Below, one piece after another: positions 60,970 to 64,000 of a stretch of 64,000 bases of DNA. The stretch's first letter is position 1. The number at the start of each line of letters is the position of its first letter. The DNA lies in the NCBI GenBank assembly GCA_001643675.2, contig LSRY02000026.1, forward strand, positions 496,001-560,000. The letters are read 5' to 3'. The notes under the pieces were generated by a model. It was not told where the DNA came from and did not search any database. It saw only the letters and a list, made by a program, of their open reading frames with translations. The position numbers and the translations under genes were made by a program. This DNA comes from Monocercomonoides exilis PA203 (Eukaryota; Protista; Preaxostyla).

Positions 60970-63900
60970 ATGTCTTTTCTTGATTTTATGAAAAAAGGCA
61001 AGAAGAAAGAAATTGACGAGAGCTCCGAGCTGACGCCACACGAGCAGATTGATAAATTGAAAAGTGAATTGGCAATCTCCAAGGAAAATGAGAAAAAACT
61101 GACAAAAGGTTTTTTTCATTTGACTTTTGGATACTGATTTAACAATTCATACTTTTTTTTTGTAATGTGCACCAACTATATTTTTGTAACATTATCAGAC
61201 ATTGACAGGCTTAACCAACGTATTGAGCGTTTGGATAAAGACTTACACCAAGAAAAAGAAAAGGCTAAAATCTCAAAATCTGGTTTATCATCTTCTCAGG
61301 CCTCAAAGGCAAATGAGTCTCACGAAAGTGCTATTTCTACTCTCAAAGAGGAACATGAAGAAAAGGTTATCTTTTTATTTACTGTTGAGTGAATATTTGA
61401 AACAAATAAATATTTAGTTACGCGCACTGCAAACGAGCATAACAACTCTTTCAGATTATAATCTTGAACTTCAAGCAGAATTGAAAAAACTAAAGGTGTT
61501 ACAGTTTTATAGTCTTTTATATCAAAAAATATATTTATATTTATATTTTTTTATAAACTTTTATTTTCTATTTTGTGATAAGGCTGAAAAGAATGTCGAA
61601 GGAGAAGACGGTCAGAAAGAATCAAGCGATAATTCTTTAAAGGGAGAAGATGGTTTGAACTCATCGAAGTGCTTGCTTATAATATTGATTGTTATCAATA
61701 TTTTTTTTAACATCATTATTTAAGATATTTCTCGTTTGAGACAAGAAAACGAGGACTTGAGAAAACAATTAGAAGAGCTGAAAGGAAAAGATGAAGAAGT
61801 TACAGAAGTTGTGATTGACAGCGTTGCAAAGGAAGAATATGTTCGCATTAAATTATTGAACATTGTTTCATTTTATTTAAAAAAAAAAATAAAATCAATA
61901 TAATTTTCATTCTATTTAATTTAATTTATTTTATTTTATTTTTATTCTCACCATCCACCACCCAAACAATCACTGAATATTTCAGGAAGCGCTGAAGAAA
62001 AGTCTGAGTGACGTGAAGAAAGAGAGAGACAGAGCGGTAGCAGCAGCGGAGGAAGAGACGAAGCAGATTGAGATGATGCGGGAGCAGAACGAGATGCTGA
62101 AGAAGATGATGAGAGAGGAAGATGAGAGGAGGCAGAAGGAGGATGAGGCGAAGGAGAAGGAGAAAGAGGAGATGGAGCGGGACAACGACGAAATGGTGGC
62201 AGAGCTGGAGAAGGTGGTGGCGAAGAACGAGAAGCTGAAGGAGGAGAAGAAGAAGATGAATGAAGAGCTGAAGAAGATGGCGGAGTCTGTGGGAGTGCTG
62301 GAGGAAGAGAAGAGAAAGACGGAAGAGGAGAAGAAGAAGCTGGAGGCAGAGAAAGAGCATAAAGCAGAAGAAATGGCGACGTTCAAAGCAGAAATGATGA
62401 ATATGATGGCGGCGGAGAAGGAGATGACGATGGAGGCGCAGAAGAAGCTGGAGGAGGAAGTGGAGGCGCTGAAGAAGGAGAAGGAGGAGAGAGAGAAAGA
62501 GAAAGAGGAGAAAGAGAAAGAGAAGGAAGAGAAAGAGAAAGAAAAAGAAAAAGATTTGTTGAATGAAGAACAAGACAAAGAAAAGAATGAGCCGAAGCTG
62601 TCACAGGATCAACAGCATAAGGAGCTGAAAGAAGAGAACGAGAAAATGAAGCAAGAAATCAGCGAAATCAAAGCAGAAAACGAGAAATTAAAAGAAAATG
62701 CAGATAAAATGAGGAATGAATTGGATTCTTCAGTTGCGGGAAGGGAAGAAATGGAAAAGGAAATGCTGCAATTGAAGAAAGAAAAAGAGGAAGAGAAGAA
62801 AATGTTTGAAGCAATTGAAATTGAGAAGGCTGCGTTGGAAGAAGCGAAGAAGCAAGCAGAAGAAGGTTTGAGCAGTTTGAAGAAGGAGAAAGAAGAAGAA
62901 ACGGAGAAAGTGAAAGAGGAAATGAGAGAGGAAAAGAAGAAGATGGAAGAAGAAATGAAGCAACTTCAAGTGAATTTGCAGAGTTTGAGCGAAGAAAAGA
63001 GCAAAATGGAAGGGGAAATGAAGGAGAAAGAAGAGAAAATCGAACAAGTTCAGAAGGAAAATGTGAAACTTGCAGAAGAAGCGGAAGAAACGAAGAACGC
63101 GGAGAAGGAGGCAAAGAGAGAAAAAGAAGAGGAAATCAAAGATTTGAAAGGAGAAATCGAAAGAATTTCAGAGCAGAACGCAAAGGAAATAAAGGAAAAA
63201 GAGGCAGAGATCGCAAAATTAGCAGAAATGACAGCAGAATTAGGGAAAAACAGCCAAATTTCAGAGCAAAATGAGCAAAAGCACAAAGAAGAAGCGAGAA
63301 AACTGCAAGAAGAGAACAAAACGCTCAAGGAAACTGTGTTAAGAAAGGAGGAAGAAGTCAACAATGCGAAAGAAGAGGCAGCGAAGGAAGCAGAGAAATC
63401 GAATGCGAAACAAGAAGAAGTGCAAAGATTGATGAAAGAGGCAGAGCAGATGGAAGAGCAGCTGAACGAGGCGATTCAGAAAGCAGCAAAGCAGAGCGAA
63501 GAGAAAGACAATCAAATAAACAAGCTGATTACAGAGCTGAATGAAAAAAGCGAGCAATTGACAGGAAAAGAAGAGGAAAATGGCAAAATGAAAGAGGCAA
63601 TGCAGAAGATGACGAGTGAAATGGCAGCGATTCCGCAGCTGAAGAAGCAGATGGAAGAGCAAAAAACAGAATTGAATGGGAAAATGAGTGAAATTCAGAT
63701 GCAGTTGGAGAAAACGAGAAAGGAGAAAGAGGAAGAGCAGAAGAGCAACCAGAAGAAGATGGAGAAGATGGCACAGGAAATGGAAGCAGCAGCAGAAGCA
63801 AGCAAGAAAGAGGTGGATGTGCTGAAGAAGGAGAAGCAGCAGCTGGCAGAAGGGCTGAGCGAGGAGAAGGCGAACAGGGAGAAAGAGATGAAGAGAGAGA

Positions 63901-64000
63901 GGGCGATTTGGAAGGAGAAGGAGGAAAGTCTTTCGAAAGAGCTGGAGGAGATGAGGATTGCAATGATGGTGAAGCCAGCTGGAAGAGTTGGAATGACAGC
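60970..64000 (+). CDS. Long coiled-coil E/K-rich protein, at least six exons, running past the window end
   Basis: ATG at 60970. GT-AG introns 61109-61198, 61366-61417, 61496-61582, 61653-61724 and 61841-61985 splice in phase. Last exon EALKKSLSDVKKERDRA... is heptad-rich and no stop was seen. Confidence 0.85.

Noticed and set aside
3-64000. Host-wide TAA/TAG=Gln genetic code to explain in-frame stops
   Set aside because: The ~1950-codon, 1230-codon and coiled-coil genes contain many Gln codons and no in-frame TAA/TAG. The DIRS stops include TAG at a conserved Trp and TGA at an expected Gly, and most pseudogenes also have TGA stops or frameshifts.
1-64000. tRNA or rRNA genes, or a bacterial origin of the contig
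   Set aside because: No recognisable tRNA or rRNA by eye (tRNAscan-SE or Infernal would be decisive). In-phase spliceosomal introns and eukaryotic transposon families indicate a eukaryotic nuclear sequence.

Overview
AT-rich eukaryotic DNA with short GT-AG introns, read in the standard code. The expanded receptor-pseudokinase and surface-protein families suggest an oxymonad protist such as Monocercomonoides; this is inference, not a search result. The window is an accessory region rich in repeats and pseudogenes. Mobile DNA: two near-identical DIRS-type tyrosine-recombinase retrotransposons in opposite orientation (7861-12454 minus, with ITRs and an internal complementary region; 50242-54570 plus, lacking the ICR), a probable gag remnant of a second family, a 2.0-kb pogo-like DD35D transposon with TIRs and TA flanks, a 743-bp MITE, and a decayed IS1595/Merlin-type transposase. 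Host genes: a beta-helix receptor pseudokinase open at the window start, a disrupted paralog, a three-module type-I surface protein, several pseudogenes, and a six-exon coiled-coil gene running off the end. Main leads: (1) the DIRS copies share four nonsense codons yet have distinct flanks, co-varying termini and patchy divergence; (2) a candidate slippery site could feed both overlapping DIRS frames; (3) two inverted duplications graft a fresh 5' half of a surface gene onto an older paralog, with one homologous and one non-homologous junction, a possible surface-protein diversification route. Assembly artefacts cannot be excluded without reads.
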